A stretch of 64,000 nucleotides of DNA from Macrostomum lignano. Its lineage: Eukaryota. Positions 1-14,400 of this stretch are shown in pieces (within the stretch, counting starts at the first letter, position 1; the number at the start of each line of letters is the position of its first letter). The position numbers and the translations under genes are program-made. The notes beneath the pieces are model-generated. The model was given only the letters and a program-made list of their open reading frames with translations. It was not told the DNA's origin and searched no databases. The stretch is from positions 124,001 to 188,000 of the forward strand of contig NIVC01002132.1 of the NCBI GenBank assembly GCA_002269645.1, written 5' to 3'.

Positions 1-366
1 TTTCGGGCCTTCAGATTTTCCAAATTTTAAACTTTTCAAGTTAAAGCCGAAAAACAAAGGTCCAGTTTCTGCCAGCGTGGTTATGGGACCGGCCATAGAC
101 TATCGCTATGTAATGGGGCTGGCCATATACTATCGCTATGTAATGGGGCTGGGCCATAGACTAATCGCTGTCATCCTCACACTCCGCTATGCAAAGCGTT
201 TTTGTCTACTCGAAGACAGCGCGAGACAGATAGAATAGATATGGCAAATACTGATGGATAGTTCGCCATTAGCTGTAAAGTTTTACGTATAAATATATGT
301 ATTTCATCTATTGAATAACATAATATCGCCAGGAACAAAAGCTGCACCCCTGACTTTCTCCTGCAG

Positions 367-3300
367 GCTTCGGACTGCTGGAGGCTGGCAACGTGCAACT
401 GAAGAACCAGGTAAACATCATGGTGAAGAACGTTGTCGACGTGGTGTTCGGCGGCATCTCCTGCTGGATGTTCGGCTACGGGCTGTCATTCGGCAAGGAC
501 AACGCGGGCGGCTTCTCCGGCTGGGGCGATTTCTTCGTAGACCGGAGCCCCGGGGCCCCGGACATGGGCACGAGCTTCGCCACCTTCGTATTCCAGCTGA
601 GGTAGCGGCTCTCGGGTTGCTCTTCAAGACGGGAGACGGGGCTCATTGGCAAAGTTTTTGGTGGAAGTTGTGGACGGTGAAGTCGGGAACGAGGAACGCG
701 AAACTGAGCAAAAGTTATGAATATGACAATCTTGAAAACGATGAAAATTTATTGTAATCTGAAAATATGAATACTTCTAAAATTCGAATATTCCAACCCG
801 GTAATCCAATGCTTACCTACTACGAGCGTACTTGTACGAGCTTACTAGTAGTAAGACAGGTTCACTGCCTGTACACCTCGGGTGCAAAAGTATAATAAAA
901 AATCGGTTAGTTTTTGCAAAAACGAGAGGAGATTACAGGGCCTGATGAAAGAAGGATGTGGTGTTACATCGAACTGGAGGAAACTTTGCAGGAGCTGCTC
1001 TTCTTGAAGTGATGAATGAAGTACTTGCCATGGATGAAGGAAAAGTACATGTCTTTGAGTCAAGTAGGATATCGTCCTCATCAGCAGCAGCAAAACTGCA
1101 GGAAACACAGCAAAAAAGCTGAGAGTAAACAGCACAGGCTCCGTCCGGACCGCGCGCTGGGACTTGGCCCAGTCAGGCAGCCGCCGTCACCGGGCCAGGA
1201 TGACATTGGTCACGACGCCTGACAATCGATCGCTTTGTTCCAGCATTGCCACATCGGCTCTCCAGTTCTCCGTGCTGTACAGCAGGACGGTCTCCAGTAC
1301 CGCGTAGTGCCAAGCATCCGAAAAAGTCAATCGCCCAAAATGATGTTCTCACGCCCCCGCAGTTTTGCCACCACGGCCACCACCATAGTGTCCGGCGCGA
1401 TGGCCGAGCGAGCTCGCCTGGACTCGTACATCGTGTTCTCCTTCGTGAACACCCTGGTGTACTGCATCCCGGCCCACTGGGTGTGGGACCGGCGCGGCTT
1501 TCTGCACCGTCTCGGCTGCGTTGATATCGCCGGCTCCGGGGCTGTGCACTTTCTCGGCGCCGTGTCGGCCGCCGTGGCCGCCTGGATGCTGGGGCCCCGG
1601 CTGGGGCGCTACGACTCGAGCCGCGAGTTTCCTAAGAGCGGCGATCCCACAAACGCCATGATTGGCATGTTCATGCTGTGGTAAGTGGCTCTAGGGACTA
1701 AAATTCGTATTCACCAAAAATTCACCGCTGGGTCAATTTTTCAACTTGAACAGGTGGGGCTGGCTGGCGTTCAACTGCGGCAGCACGTTCGGCATCTCCA
1801 ACGGCAAGTGGAAGCTGGCTGCCAAGTGAGTTTGGCTTGGGTTTTCAACAGTAACCCAGACTGATTGTGATGCTCTCGATAACGAACTTTATCCACTTTT
1901 AAGTGCCATTTAAATGACATTGCTGATTGGAAAAGTGTCGGTAATGGTGTGACATTGCTGATTGGTAAAGTGTCGGTAATGGTGTGCTATTGTTGATTGG
2001 TAAAGTGTCAGTAGTGATGCGACATTGCTGATTGGTAAAGTGTCGGTGATGATGTGACATTGCTGATTGGTAAAGTGTCGGTGATGATGTGACATTGCTG
2101 ATTGGTAAAGTGCCAGTAATGATGTGACATTGCTGATTAATAAAGTGTCGGTAGTGATGTGACATTGCTGATTGGTAAAGTGTCGGTAATGATGTGACAT
2201 TGCTGATTGGTAAAGTGCCAGTAATGATGTGACATTGCTGATTAATAAAGTGTCGGTAATGATGTGACATTGCTGATTGGTAGAGTGTCGGTAATGATGT
2301 GACATTGCTGATTGGTAAAGTGTCAGTAATGATGTGACATTGCTGATTGGTAAAGTGCCAATAACTTTCTCCTAATTGTAGGGCCGCTGTGACCACACTA
2401 AATGCTTCCATGGGTGGGGGGCTCAGTGGAATCTGCTTCACGTAAGTTGATCAGTTTTGATTTTTTAGGTGGCATTTCTATGCATTAGTATATCTGATTG
2501 CCGAGAAGTTTAAACCCACAACAATAGGTTTCTCATGAACAAAGGCAAGTTCGAGATAAACGACATCGTGAACTCCGTTCTGGCTGGGCTGGTCTCCGTC
2601 ACCGGTGAGTTCTGTGATCTACTCCGTAATTTGAGAAGCTTCCCCACTCTGCTCCTGCTCAGTTGAGTTCGATCGTCACAATTACAGCAAGCTGCTCAAT
2701 TGTCCGGCCCTGGGAGGCCCTCATCATCGGCCTGATAGGCGGCCTCATTGTTGTGCTAGCGGAGCCTCTGTTGGACAAAATCCGCTTGGACGACCCCGTA
2801 GCGGCCATCCCGGTGCACGGATTCGGCGGGCTGTGGGTGCGTTGGGCTGTGCTGCTGCTGTTGGGCTGTGCTGCTGCTGTGGATTGTGCTGCTGCTGTTT
2901 TGACCTGTGCTGCTGCTGTGGGTTGTGCTGCTGCTGTGGGTTGTGTTGCTGCTGTGGGTTGTGCTGTAGCTGTGGGTTGTGCTGCTGCTGTGGGTTGTGC
3001 TGCTGTGGGTTGTGCTGCTGTGGGTTGTGCTGCTGCTGTGGGTTGTGCTGCTGCTGTGGGTTGTGCTGCTGTGGGTTGTGCTGCTGTGGGTTGTGCTGCT
3101 GCTGTGGGTTGTGCTGCTGTGGGTTGTGCTGCTGTGGGTTGTGCTGCTGCTGTGGGTTGTGCTGCTGCTGTGGGTTGTGCTGCTGCTGTGGGTTGTGCTG
3201 CTGCTGTGGGTTGTGCTGTAGCTGTGGGTTGTGCTGCTGCTGTGGGTTGTGCTGCTGCTGTGGGTTGTGCTGCTGCTGTGGGTTGTGCTGTAGCTGTGGG

Positions 3301-4164
3301 TTGTGCTGCTGCTGTGGGTTGTGCTGCTGCTGTGGGTTGTGCTGCTGTGGATTGTGTTGCCATGGATTTAGTTGGTGCGTTTTTTTGCCTTGTGTTATGG
3401 GCTGTAACACTTTTGCTGTCTTTTCAACGTACTTCATTGAAGTGAGTGGGAATATGAGTTCAGCCAGTGTGATGGTTTTTCTGTAAGTAATTAAATTATC
3501 TTTTCTTGAGTCCAAGAATTTGCCTCCATGCTACCTGTCCTGGTCAGGGCATGCTGGCTTGCGGCCTGTTTGTAGACACTGACACAGTGGAGAACATGAA
3601 CAATGGGCAGATTGGCCTGTTCCACGGCGGTGGACTCAGACTGCTGGGCGTGCAGCTGCTCACCTGCCTGTGCATCGGGTGCTGGAGTGCCGTCATCACT
3701 TTCTTGTCGCTGGGGGTGAGCGGCTTCTGTCAATTTGGATTCTTTTATCTGATTGTGGTTTCTGGCAGTCTGGCAGGACGGCTGAGCATTAGGGTTAAGG
3801 GCTGTGGATCTTGTCTCAGGGCTGAGGATCTTGTCTCAGGGCTGTGGATCTTGTCTCAGGGCTGTGGATCTTGTCTCAGGGCTGAGGATCTTGTCTCAGG
3901 GCTGTGGATCTTGTCTCAGGGCTGTGGATCTTGTCTCAGGGCTGAGGATCTTGTCTCAGTGCTGTGGATCTTGTCTCAGGGCTGAGGATCTTGTCTCAGG
4001 GCTGAGGATCTTGTCTCAGTGCTGAGGATCTTGTCTCAGTACTGAGGATCTTAGCTGAGAATCAACGGTCGCCCATCTCCTTCAGCTTCTGAAAGTGACC
4101 ATGGGGGTCCGCATGTCGATACGAGAGGAGATTCTGGGCGCTGATTTCGTTGAGCACAACATTG
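367..4164 (+). CDS. amt: Ammonium transporter (Amt family), multi-exon, 5' part upstream of window. Exons read: 367-601, 1363-1680, 1754-1825, 2382-2441, 2528-2604, 2688-2836, 3548-3715, 4086-4164+ (3' end unresolved)
   Basis: GT-AG exons join in frame to give GFGLLEAG..KNVVDVVFGG, FQLSFATTATTIVSGAMAER, VDIAGSGAVH (His1), WWGWLAFNCGS, NSVLAGLVSVTA, DDPVAAIPVHGFGG (His2), EEILGADFVEH. Confidence 0.95.
1040..1320 (-). mobile_element. Degraded RTE-like non-LTR retrotransposon fragment in Amt intron
   Basis: Minus-strand translations HYAVLETVLLYSTENW and RRLPDWAKSQR..EPVLFTL resemble the LINE C-terminal motifs VxSxLLYGxETW and RRLxWAGH; frames are broken. Confidence 0.45.
1913..2360. repeat. ~39-bp intronic minisatellite (TGACATTGCTGATTGGTAAAGTGTCGGTAATGATG-type)
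   Basis: Direct tandem periodicity; 13-aa repeats in spurious ORFs. Confidence 0.95.
2845..3360. repeat. 18/21-bp intronic minisatellite (GTGGGTTGT(GCT)3-4)
   Basis: Direct tandem periodicity starting just after the donor at 2837. Confidence 0.95.
3797..4052. repeat. 20-bp intronic minisatellite (GGGCTGWGGATCTTGTCTCA)
   Basis: About 12 tandem copies. Confidence 0.95.
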
Positions 4165-6009
4165 GTGAGCAGGACGAACTGCTGCTGATGGAGGAGCAGC
4201 GCTACTTCAGCTCGGAGGCTGGAAAGTTTCAACGCCGACTGTCCGGTCTGCTCGCCCAGGCGCTCCAGCGCCGGTGCAACTGCAAGGGCGGATGCAGCCC
4301 TGCAAGCCCGAAATTTCAGGCCAGCTCTGCGGCCGGGAGCCTTCAGCAACAGTTCGGCACAAGGCGAGTGCAAGTACATGCATGCATTTACTGTCTGTTC
4401 CGAATAAAGTTCGACAGTTCACGCCATGGCGAGAGTGAACATGTTCAAAACCAAAGATTAATCGATACTGCATGGGTGCAATTTTTATTAGGCTGGCAAA
4501 CGTCTGGCTGAGAAGTGGAAATATCTGTTTATAGCGGTGTTACCTGTTTAGCCCCTATTTTACTAGCTTGAAAAACTGTAGTTCTGTGTTTTGCAGCCTC
4601 ATGATTCAGCAATTAAACTGTATTATATAAGTTGCCTGACAGCGCAATAGATCGCTTGGACGGGCCAAGCTAGCAAGGCGATAGATGCGTAAAAGGTCGG
4701 TTGCATTAAAATCATGTACTTTCTAGCCTTCACTTCACGTTCCTGCAGGTGTTTAACGGAGACAACTGCACCTAATGGATTGGACTCAGGGAGCTGTCAA
4801 ACAGGGATAAAGAAACAGTACCATGCTCAAAAACAACAGCAGAAAACACCACAAGGGCAGCATTCTCAACATCAACAACAGCAACAAAGTTCACAAAAGC
4901 ATCAACGAGAACAGCAGCAACGCCAGGGGCAGGGAAGCTGGCGAGCTCCGCAACACGGGCAGCGAGTTCCAAAGAGGCAGCGTCAGCTGCAGCAGCTGTC
5001 AACGAGGCTGGGCAGGCCACCACCAACCCTGTTCGTCACCAGCCTGTAGCAGTAGTCCTGGATCTGAGCCAACGATTGAGAGACCGAGAAATATAAACTA
5101 CATAGCTAAAAATGAGTTCAAATCTCAAGGACTGATTTCATGAAAGTTTTTGGAATTTATCCTCAAAAACTGCCCGTCTTCTCTTCTTGGCTTCAACTTG
5201 AAGCAAGTTTAAGGGATTTTTCTACTCAAACTGCCATCAGGCGAAGTTGCTCTCACAAAAATTGAGTTGAATAATTCACAGCAGATTTGATTGTCCGATC
5301 GATGGAGACTAGCGAACTTGCCAGTAATTGCAATCACACTTGGAGTGCTTCTATTTCATGAGCAAGGCAGTCTCAGTGTAAACAAAGTACAAAATCTGAA
5401 GTAAGCTCGGGATTAAGGAAGTGCAGTGAGCAGCGAGTCCGTTTGCAGGGTTCTTAGGTAGACAAAGGCAAAAGCAAGAAGGAGAATGTTTCTGTTAGGC
5501 AGTTACGCATTATTCCGTGTCTTCTTGTGAAACAAGGCTTAATTGGTCAGTCAATACCTGGCTTTACCAGTATGAGGGTATCAAATTTCAACCATCGACA
5601 GTAGGAAAATGCTAATGGTGTCTACACTCAGGCAAAAACATGGATGCTGGGGCATCTTGTGAACAATCTGATTGGCTGGCGGAGTGCTTGAGACAGTGAC
5701 GTCATTAGGGCATCTTGTGAACAATCTGATTGGCTGGCGGAGTGCTTGAGACAGTGACGTCATTAAGGCATCTTGTGAGCAATCTGATTGGCTGCATGGC
5801 GGAGTGAGACAGTTACGTTATAAAGTATCTGAAGAGCTTGGGGAACCTAGATAAGTAAATAGTTCAAACAATCTAATTGGCTGGTAAGGCAGCTGCAACC
5901 GGGAAAAAGAGCAATGAGGAGTGCCAAAGACAATCTGAAGGACAATCTGGGCATAAAAGACTGTCAGCTTGTGCAAGATTTGAGAATTAAGTTATCAACA
6001 TTCCGGGCG

Positions 6010-7160
6010 CTACTCTGTCATGGACCGGCGCACCACCCGCATGGTCGGCAGCCTCAGGTCACCCGGGCGGTTCTGGCTGGCCACCAGGTCCCGCAGCTGC
6101 TGCCTCAGGCTGGCCCGGGACACGGCCAGCTGCACCCGGGCCGCCCGCCGTCTCGGCTCGTGCAACCCAGGCGGCGCCTCGCATCTGAGCTGCCGTTTCC
6201 ACTGTGGACCTGACTCAGCAGCGTCCTCCTCGTCGGCTCCTTCAGCGAGGTCCTGGCTGTCATCATCGTCTGACTGAACAGTGTCGGAATCATTGTCGGC
6301 ATCCTTTTTGGCAGCCGATGCGGCAGGCAGAGGCGCCGCAGCAGCTGACGCCGAGGCGCTGCGACCGCCCGCGCCAATGGTGGCCTTGCGCAGCAGCTCG
6401 CCGCTCTGGTTGAACATCCGGCTCTGCTTGTCCGCCAGGCGGCTCAGCGCGGCCACCGCGTCCGCCCGGACCATCCGGCTGTTGCTGGGCGCCTCTGCCG
6501 CCACAGCCGCCGAGGCTGCCGCGGCTTCCGCCCTGGCGGCCGCTCGTGCCTGCCAAACGCCGTTGCCAATGCCGCTTCCGCTGTTGTCGCTCCCGGTGAC
6601 AGGCGGCGTCGACTGTGACCGACTGTGAAGACGCCTGGACGGTGCCGCGTCCGAGGAGGCGGCCAGCGTTGGCCGGCGCCGCTCGATGACGCCGAGCTCA
6701 AGCAGCAGGTGGTTGAGGGCATCCTGCTGGTCCTGACGTTGGCGCACCTCCGCCCGGTGAGGCGCAGCGCCCTCTCCGCCGACGCCTCGTGCAGCTTCCA
6801 TCGCCCGAGCGCTTTCTCGCTCAGCTTCCGGCCCGAGGTGAAGTAGGCGGACTCGCGCAGCACCTGGTCGCCGCGCTCCGGTCGAACGCCCAGCGGGCTG
6901 TAGCCGGTAGTTCGGTGAATCTCCTCTACCTGACGAAGCACCTTCCGCTTCTCCACTGACCCGACATGGCGTTTGTGCTCGCGCTCTTTCTCCATCACCC
7001 TGAGCCGCGTTTCCAGCCTCTGGCCCTCCGACTGGTTGGTTTTCTCCGCCTTTTGCTCGCGGTAGCTCAGCGGCCTCGGCGGCTGCGGCGGCTGCAAGCT
7101 GTAGCGGTGAATCTGCTGCTGCTGGGTGAAGCCGCCGCCGCCGTCCGCTGATGGAAACAT
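6010..7160 (-). CDS. Intronless uncharacterised coiled-coil/low-complexity protein (~380 aa) with one apparent 1-bp frameshift near 6755
   Basis: ATG at 7160 (MFPSADGG..LETRLRVMEKERE..). Coding-like codon usage switches frame at CTCACCGGGCGGAG; adding one base gives LTRAEVRQRQDQQDALNHLLLEL..; stop at 6010. Confidence 0.6.
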
Positions 7161-8605
7161 TTTGAGAGCGGAGGAGCTGCAGCGGAAAGCGGGCGTCGCT
7201 CCTAACTCAGTCGGCCCTGGAAACAGCTGTTTTATATCAGGCCAGCAGGATAGATGGGGCCGTGAAGGGCTAACAGAAGCGCTGGAAAGGAGAGAGTTTG
7301 GGGAGGTCGGCGGCGGCCGGACAACTTCCACTGCTCATTAGCTGCACCTCTGTGGCGCTGCAATCCTAGTTTTCCAAAGGCATCTCTACAGAAGCTTTTT
7401 AAGCTTTTTAAGCCCCATCCCCCAGGCAGCTCAATTCCCCTCCATTGTTTTGACCAGTCAGTGGGGTTCGCTCCCCCCCCCCCCTCCTCTTCATGTCCCT
7501 CCCTGTCGCCACCCTGTCCTTGCTGCTTCCGCTGCAGTGAATAATTCAGGCCCAGCACTTCTTCAGGCCTTGCTGGACCCGTTGCGCCGCTGCTGCATAT
7601 TGCATGGCCTGCCGCCCCGCCCGCGCCGTGACGGAGGAGAAAACGCTGCACATTTCCGGATGGCAAGTTTGAAGTGCCTTGTCTGCGACTGGAGTCCCAC
7701 ATCCTGCGCTTCCAGACTGGGGGTGAAACGGGAAATTTGGAGTCAGCATTGATAAAGCTGCCTGCCTGTCACGCCTTGTCGAGGAATATGGGAGCCAAAG
7801 CTTTGAGTTCCGCTGGGCTTTCCTGACAAGTTTTGCCCCTCCCGTAGCAACTAACGCGGCAATGAGTCAGGAACTGCGAGACAGAAGCTTTCACAAACAG
7901 CAAATACTTTTTAGGCCAATCTTCGCCTTGCCCGTCCGACCCGGGAATTGATTCCGATCTGGAAGCTTCCTGACGATCTTAGTGGAAAATGCTATACTAT
8001 TCAATAGGGAAATTTCTGTTCAGTGCCAACAAATTCAAACCATAAGACTAAACAATTTCGTTTAAACCTTTACCACCTGGCACGAATTTAATGTAGAGCA
8101 CTCGTTCAGTATATGCTCCTATTAGTAGGTATGCAATAGCATAACAGTAGGAATACCAAGCCATTTTTCAGTTTTCTGCCGTCAACCTACCAAGGGGGGG
8201 GGGAATCCCCCCCTGACAATTTTTTGACGGAGCAACTATCTAATCTCATCCAGTTCCTTCGGGCGACAAGACGAGCCACTTTCTTCTCCACGGAAGATCC
8301 CGCTGCCGGACGGACCGGCGGACCACCCTGACCGGCCCCACGCCTCTGCCTGTCTGCGGGCCTCCAGGGGCTAGCGGAATGGGCGATCCTCGCCTCCCCG
8401 CTGTGTCGACAACCACCCTTATCCGCAGCTTTCGACCCTTCCCATTTTCTTAGGTAGTCCATTCTTGCCTTGATTACTGACTTCCATGATTTTCGGTCCC
8501 GCGCTATCTGTTCAATGTTGTCCGGCTCGTCTCCTGTCTTTCTTAATTACTTTTCTCCAGTAGTTAATGGTCGTTTGGTTGCGCTTTTTCGTTTTTTCGT
8601 TTTCC

Positions 8606-9311
8606 ATCCTCATTCTCATCCTCATCTTCATCTTCATTTTCATCCTCATTCTCATTCTCATCCTCATCCTCATCCTCATCCTCATCTTCATTTTTATCCT
8701 CATCCTCATCCTTATTCTCATCCCCATTCTCATTCTCATCCTCATCCTCATCTTCATTTTTATCCTCATCCTCATCCTTATTCTCATCCCCATTCTCATC
8801 CTCATCCTCATCCTCATCTTCATTTTTATCCTCATCCTCATCCTATTCTCATCCCCATTCTCATCCTCATCCTCATCCTCATCTTCATTTTCATCCTCAT
8901 TCTCATTCTCATCCTCATCCTCATCCTCATCCTCATCTTCATTTTCATCCTCATTCTCATTCTCATCCTCATCCTCATCCTCATCCTCATCTTCATTTTT
9001 ATCCTCATCCTCATCCTTATTCTCATCCCCATTCTCATTCTCATCCTCATCCTCATCTTCATTTTTATCCTCATCCTCATCCTTATTCTCATCCCCATTC
9101 TCATCCTCATCCTCATCCTCATCTTCATTTTTATCCTCATCCTCATCCTTATTCTCATCCCCATTCTCATCCTCATCCTCATCCTCATCTTCATTTTCAT
9201 CCTCATCCCCAATCTCATCCTCATCTTTATCTTCATCCTCATCCTCATCTTCATCCTCATCCTCATCTTCATTCTCATCCTCATCCCATCTTCATCCTCA
9301 TCCTCATCTTC
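8606..9311. repeat. Degenerate hexamer microsatellite (ATCCTC/ATTCTC/ATCTTC)n
   Basis: Direct periodicity. Confidence 0.95.
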
Positions 9312-10227
9312 CTGCTTGAGATTGTCTAGATCTGATGTTTCTACAAGCATTGCCGCAAAGGAGCTGTGTTTCTTTTGACTAGCAATAGTAATAATAACAG
9401 AATAAATAAAATTAAAATCCGGCATGGGTTTGTCTCAATGGAATCATGAAGGCTTTAATTCATTTCCAACTGACACGGACCGGCAGACGCTACTCACAAA
9501 AAAATTTCTCCAATAAGTTGGCCTCATTCAACTTACTCAGCATCGCGTTACGGTTCACGGTTGCAAGACTCACCTAGGCATCTCTCAGCAGGTAGTTGCT
9601 CTTGTTGGCAGAGTCGCTGAAGCAGAAACTAAAGCAGAAAATTGACATTAACTAACAGGTAGGTTGCTGTCGGTTGCTATGCTGTTAAAGACTGTCTAAC
9701 CAGTCTTGAAGTATGTTCCAACGCTGGCTGCGGTTGGGTGAGCTGGGCTCAGCTAGTCAAACTTCATGCTACGCTCGCTCCAGCAGCTGTTTCGCCTCAT
9801 CTGAGCATTGCTCCTGAGCGCTCAGCTGCCAGTCGCGAGAAATCTATTCCACAGAGGAGGGGAGTGAATTTTTCTCTTCGATGATGCTCTCCATCTTTCG
9901 CATTCTAGACACCTAATGCTGAAGTCGGAATCTTGAGCGTTCTTGAGCGATTTCATGTTTTCAATATTCGGTTACTCTGTATGCTGCAGAGCTGTGTGTG
10001 TTCTGGCCACAGCTGCGAATTTCTCTGCTATAAAGACAGCCAGCTCCATGAAGGTTTGAGCTGTTGCATCTTCCGTAGCTTTTCCGTGGCAATATTATAG
10101 AAACCATTACGCGAGCCTAGCTGAAGCATACTAACAATTATTTGGAGTCAGAAGGCTCTAAATGATTTTTATGATTATTTTGATTTTTGGTAAGCTTTTT
10201 GGATGCTCCAACTGCTGGGACGCTCTG

Positions 10228-11393
10228 ATGCACAACTCCGCCAGTTGGGGACTGCCAGCTCTTGTGGCTTCTGCCTGCGGCTGCCTCGGCCGCGGCTGAC
10301 TGCTGGCGGAGCAGAGAACTTGCTGCGAATGCAAATCAACGAGTTCTACAGGCCGAACTGATGGCAGACACGATCGCCGTTGCTTCTGCCCGTGTCGCAA
10401 CTGTAATTTATAGTACGAATACTCAAGTATATCTGTGGCTGCTTACTCAGATGATTGAGCATCTAAGAAACCCGTGTGCCACTAAACTACCCATTCATCA
10501 GGCTCCGGCATGGGCAGAACTGGCAAAATTATCTACGTTGCGGTGAACGAGACCGGCTGCTACCGCATGGAGGCGCTCGGAGCCAGAGGCGGCAGCACCA
10601 ACCCGGCCTTCAGCCCCGTCTACACCGGCGGATTCGGGGCCCGCATCGGAGGCAGCTTCAACCTGACGGCGGGAATGCAGCTCAGCCTGGTGATCGGACA
10701 GCGGGGCGGCGACGCCACTCAAAACGCGTAGATGATATTTGAAAGCGGTAAATTAAAATCCAGTCAAACACATGCGCTCACGAGAAAGACTGGCATGGAA
10801 CTTATATTCAGGCCCTTTTTGCATCATTTCTAAAACAAGTGAAAAACGGCACTCCACAAGCGTGATCTGAGCTCATTAATTACGATGTGCTTGGTACATG
10901 TGTCAACGGATCAGCTGGTCTGAACGGAACCGACTCCATCGGCAACGCCTTATTAATCGGCTATGGCGGTGCGAACGGACAGTCCGGGAGCTACGGACCG
11001 TCCACAATGACATGCAGGGGCGGCCTGGGAGCCGCCTGGCTGGGAGTCCCCAACGCCAGGACCATCACGTGCTACGGCGATCGTGGAGGCGGCATCAACG
11101 AAGGCTGGATCGGCGGTGTCGCCGGACACGGCAATAAGGGCGCCATCGAAGGCTTCGGCGAAGGCGGCGGCCATCATAAATGCGCTGCCAGAGGCGGCAG
11201 CGGCTTCAGCGGCGGCGGCTTCAACGGCGGCGGCTTCAGCGGCGGCGGAGCCGGTAGCTGGTATTCTCAGGCTGTCGGCGGCGCGGCTCCTTCTGCTCCG
11301 GTGTCGGCTGCTCAGCCAACCCTGGAGCAAACGTTGTCAGCAACGACGGCTGCGTAAAAATAAAGCTGCTGACGAACTCTACCTGCGCCTAAG
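10228..11393 (+). pseudogene. Glycine-rich (ALK/LTK-like) domain gene, copy 1, degenerate
   Basis: Homologous to copy 2 (VNETGCYRMEALGARGG..). Frameshift in the signal-peptide region (~10261), TAG at 10729 with loss of the GGGGGTFV segment, acceptor AG reads AT (~10899), 1-bp deletion at ~11282. Confidence 0.75.
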
Positions 11394-11423
11394 CCAAACA
11401 GTTGAACACACCATAAACACAGG

Positions 11424-14400
11424 TTTGTCACAGACAGCTACCATAGACACCCGTTTGCAACCGTTTGTCACGGAAGGCTACCATAGACAACCGTTTGCAA
11501 CCGTTTGTCACGGAAGGCTACCATGGACACCCGTTTGTCACGGAAGGCTACCATAGACACCCGTTTGTCACGGAAGGCTACCATAGACAACCGTTTGCAA
11601 CCGTTTGTCACGGAAGGCTACCATAGACAACCGTTTGCAACCGTTTGTCACGGAAGGCTACCATGGACACCCGTTTGTCACGGAAGGCTACCATAGACAC
11701 CCGTTTGTCACGGAAGGCTACCATAGACAACCGTTTGCAACCGTTTGTCACGGAAGGCTACCATAGACAACCGTTTGCAACCGTTTGTCACGGAAGGCTA
11801 CCATAGACAACCGTTTGTCACGGAAGGCTACCATAGACAACCGTTTGTCACGGAAGGCTACCATAGACAACCGTTTGTCACGGAAGGCTACCATAGACAA
11901 CCGTTTGTCACAGACAGCTACCATAGACACCCGTTTGTCACGGAAGGCTACCATAGACAACCGTTTGTCACGGAAGGCTACCATAGACAACCGTTTGCAA
12001 CCGTTTGTCACGGAAGGCTACCATAGACAACCGTTTGCAACCGTTTGTCACGGAAGGCTACCATAGACAACCGTTTGTCACAGACAGCTACCATAGACAA
12101 CCGTTTGTCACGGAAGGCTACCATGGACACCCGTTTGTCACGGAAGGCTACCATAGACACCCGTTTGTCACGGAAGGCTACCATAGACACCCGTTTGTCA
12201 CGGACAGCTACCATAGACAACCGTTTGTCACGGAAGGCTACCATAGACACCCGTTTGTCACAGACAGCTACCATAGACAACCGTTTGTCACGGAAGGCTA
12301 CCATGGACACCCGTTTGTCACGGAAGGCTACCATAGACACCCGTTTGTCACGGAAGGCTACCATAGACAACCGTTTGTCACGGAAGGCTACCATAGACAC
12401 CCGTTTGTCACGGAAGGCTACCATAGACACTCGTTTGTCACGGAAAGCTACCATAGACACCCGTTTGTCACGGAAGGCTACCATGACACCCGTTTGTCAC
12501 GGAAGGCTACCATAGACACCCGTTTGTCACGGAAGGCTACCATAGACACCCGTTTGTCACGGACAGCTACCATAGACAACCGTTTGTCACGGAAGGCTAC
12601 CATAGACACCCGTTTGTCACAGACAGCTACCATAGACAACCGTTTGTCACGGAAGGCTACCATGGACACCCGTTTGTCACGGAAGGCTACCATAGACACC
12701 CGTTTGTCACGGAAGGCTACCATAGACACCCGTTTGTCACGGAAGGCTACCATAGACACCCGTTTGTCACGGAAGGCTACCATAGACACTCGTTTGTCAC
12801 GGAAAGCTACCATAGACACCCGTTTGTCACGGAAGGCTACCATAGACACCCGTTTGTCACGGAAGGCTACCATAGACACCCGTTTGTCACGGAAGGCTAC
12901 CATAGACAACCGTTTGTCACGGAAGGCTACCATAGACACCCGTTTGTCACGGAAGGCTACCATAGACACCCGTTTGTCACGGAAGGCTACCATAGACACC
13001 CGTTTGTCACGGAAGGCTACCATAGACAACCGTTTGTCACGGAAGGCTACCATAGACACCCGTTTGTCACGGAAGGCTACCATAGACAACCGTTTGTCAC
13101 GGAAGGCTACCATAGACACCCGTTTGTCACGGAAGGCTACCATAGACACCCGTTTGTCACGGAAGGCTACCATAGACACCCGTTTGTCACGGAAGGCTAC
13201 CATAGACACCGTTTGTCACGGAAGGCTACCATAGACACCCGTTTGTCACGGAAGGCTACCATAGACACCCGTTTGTCACGGAAGGCTACCATAGACACCC
13301 GTTTGTCACGGAAGCTACCATAGACACCCGTTTGTCACGGAAGGCTACCATAGACACCCGTTTGTCACGGAAGGCTACCATAGACACCCGTTTGTCACGG
13401 AAGGCTACCATAGACACCCGTTTGTCACGGAAGGCTACCATAGACACCGTTTGTCACGGAAGGCTACCATAGACACCCGTTTGTCACGGAAGGCTACCAT
13501 AGACACCCGTTTGTCACGGAAGGCTACCATAGACACCCGTTTGTCACGGAAGGCTACCATAGACACCCGTTTGTCACGGAAGGCTACCATAGACACCCGT
13601 TTGTCACGGAAGGCTACCATAGACACCCGTTTGTCACGGAAGGCTACCATAGACACCCGTTTGTCACGGAAGCTACCATAGACACCCGTTTGTCACGGAA
13701 GGCTACCATAGACACCCGTTTGTCACGGAAGGCTACCATAGACACCGTTTGTCACGGAAGGCTACCATAGACACCGTTTGTCACGGAAGGCTACCATAGA
13801 CACCCGTTTGTCACGGAAGGCTACCATAGACACCCGTTTGTCACGGAAGCTACCATAGACACCCGTTTGTCACGGAAGCTACCATAGACACCCGTTTGTC
13901 ACGGAAGGCTACCATAGACACCCGTTTGTCACGGAAGGCTACCATAGACACCCGTTTGTCACGGAAGGCTACCATAGACACCCGTTTGTCACGGAAGGCT
14001 ACCATAGACACCCGTTTGTCACGGAAGGCTACCATAGACACCCGTTTGTCACGGAAGGCTACCATAGACACCCGTTTGTCACGGAAGGCTACCATAGACA
14101 CCGTTTGTCACGGAAGGCTACCATAGACACCGTTTGTCACGGAAGGCTACCATAGACACCCGTTTGTCACGGAAGGCTACCATAGACACCCGTTTGTCAC
14201 GGAAGGCTACCATAGACACCCGTTTGTCACGGAAGCTACCATAGACACCCGTTTGTCACGGAAGGCTACCATAGACACCGTTTGTCACGGAAGGCTACCA
14301 TAGACACCGTTTGTCACGGAAGGCTACCATAGACACCCGTTTGTCACGGAAGGCTACCATAGACACCCGTTTGTCACGGAAGGCTACCATAGACACCCGT

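Noticed and set aside
2659-3515. Cys-rich, Gln/His-rich and Ala-rich repeat ORFs
   Set aside because: All lie in the Amt intron minisatellite; other repeat ORFs (8470-9425, 41806-43010, 46919-47482, 48101-48593, 59678-60613) are rejected likewise.
4165-5143. Amt C-terminal exons
   Set aside because: Several candidate frames and acceptors (4749, 4819) could not be joined unambiguously.
7340-8470. Possible retroelement or host exons
   Set aside because: No motif I could recognise and no consistent frame.
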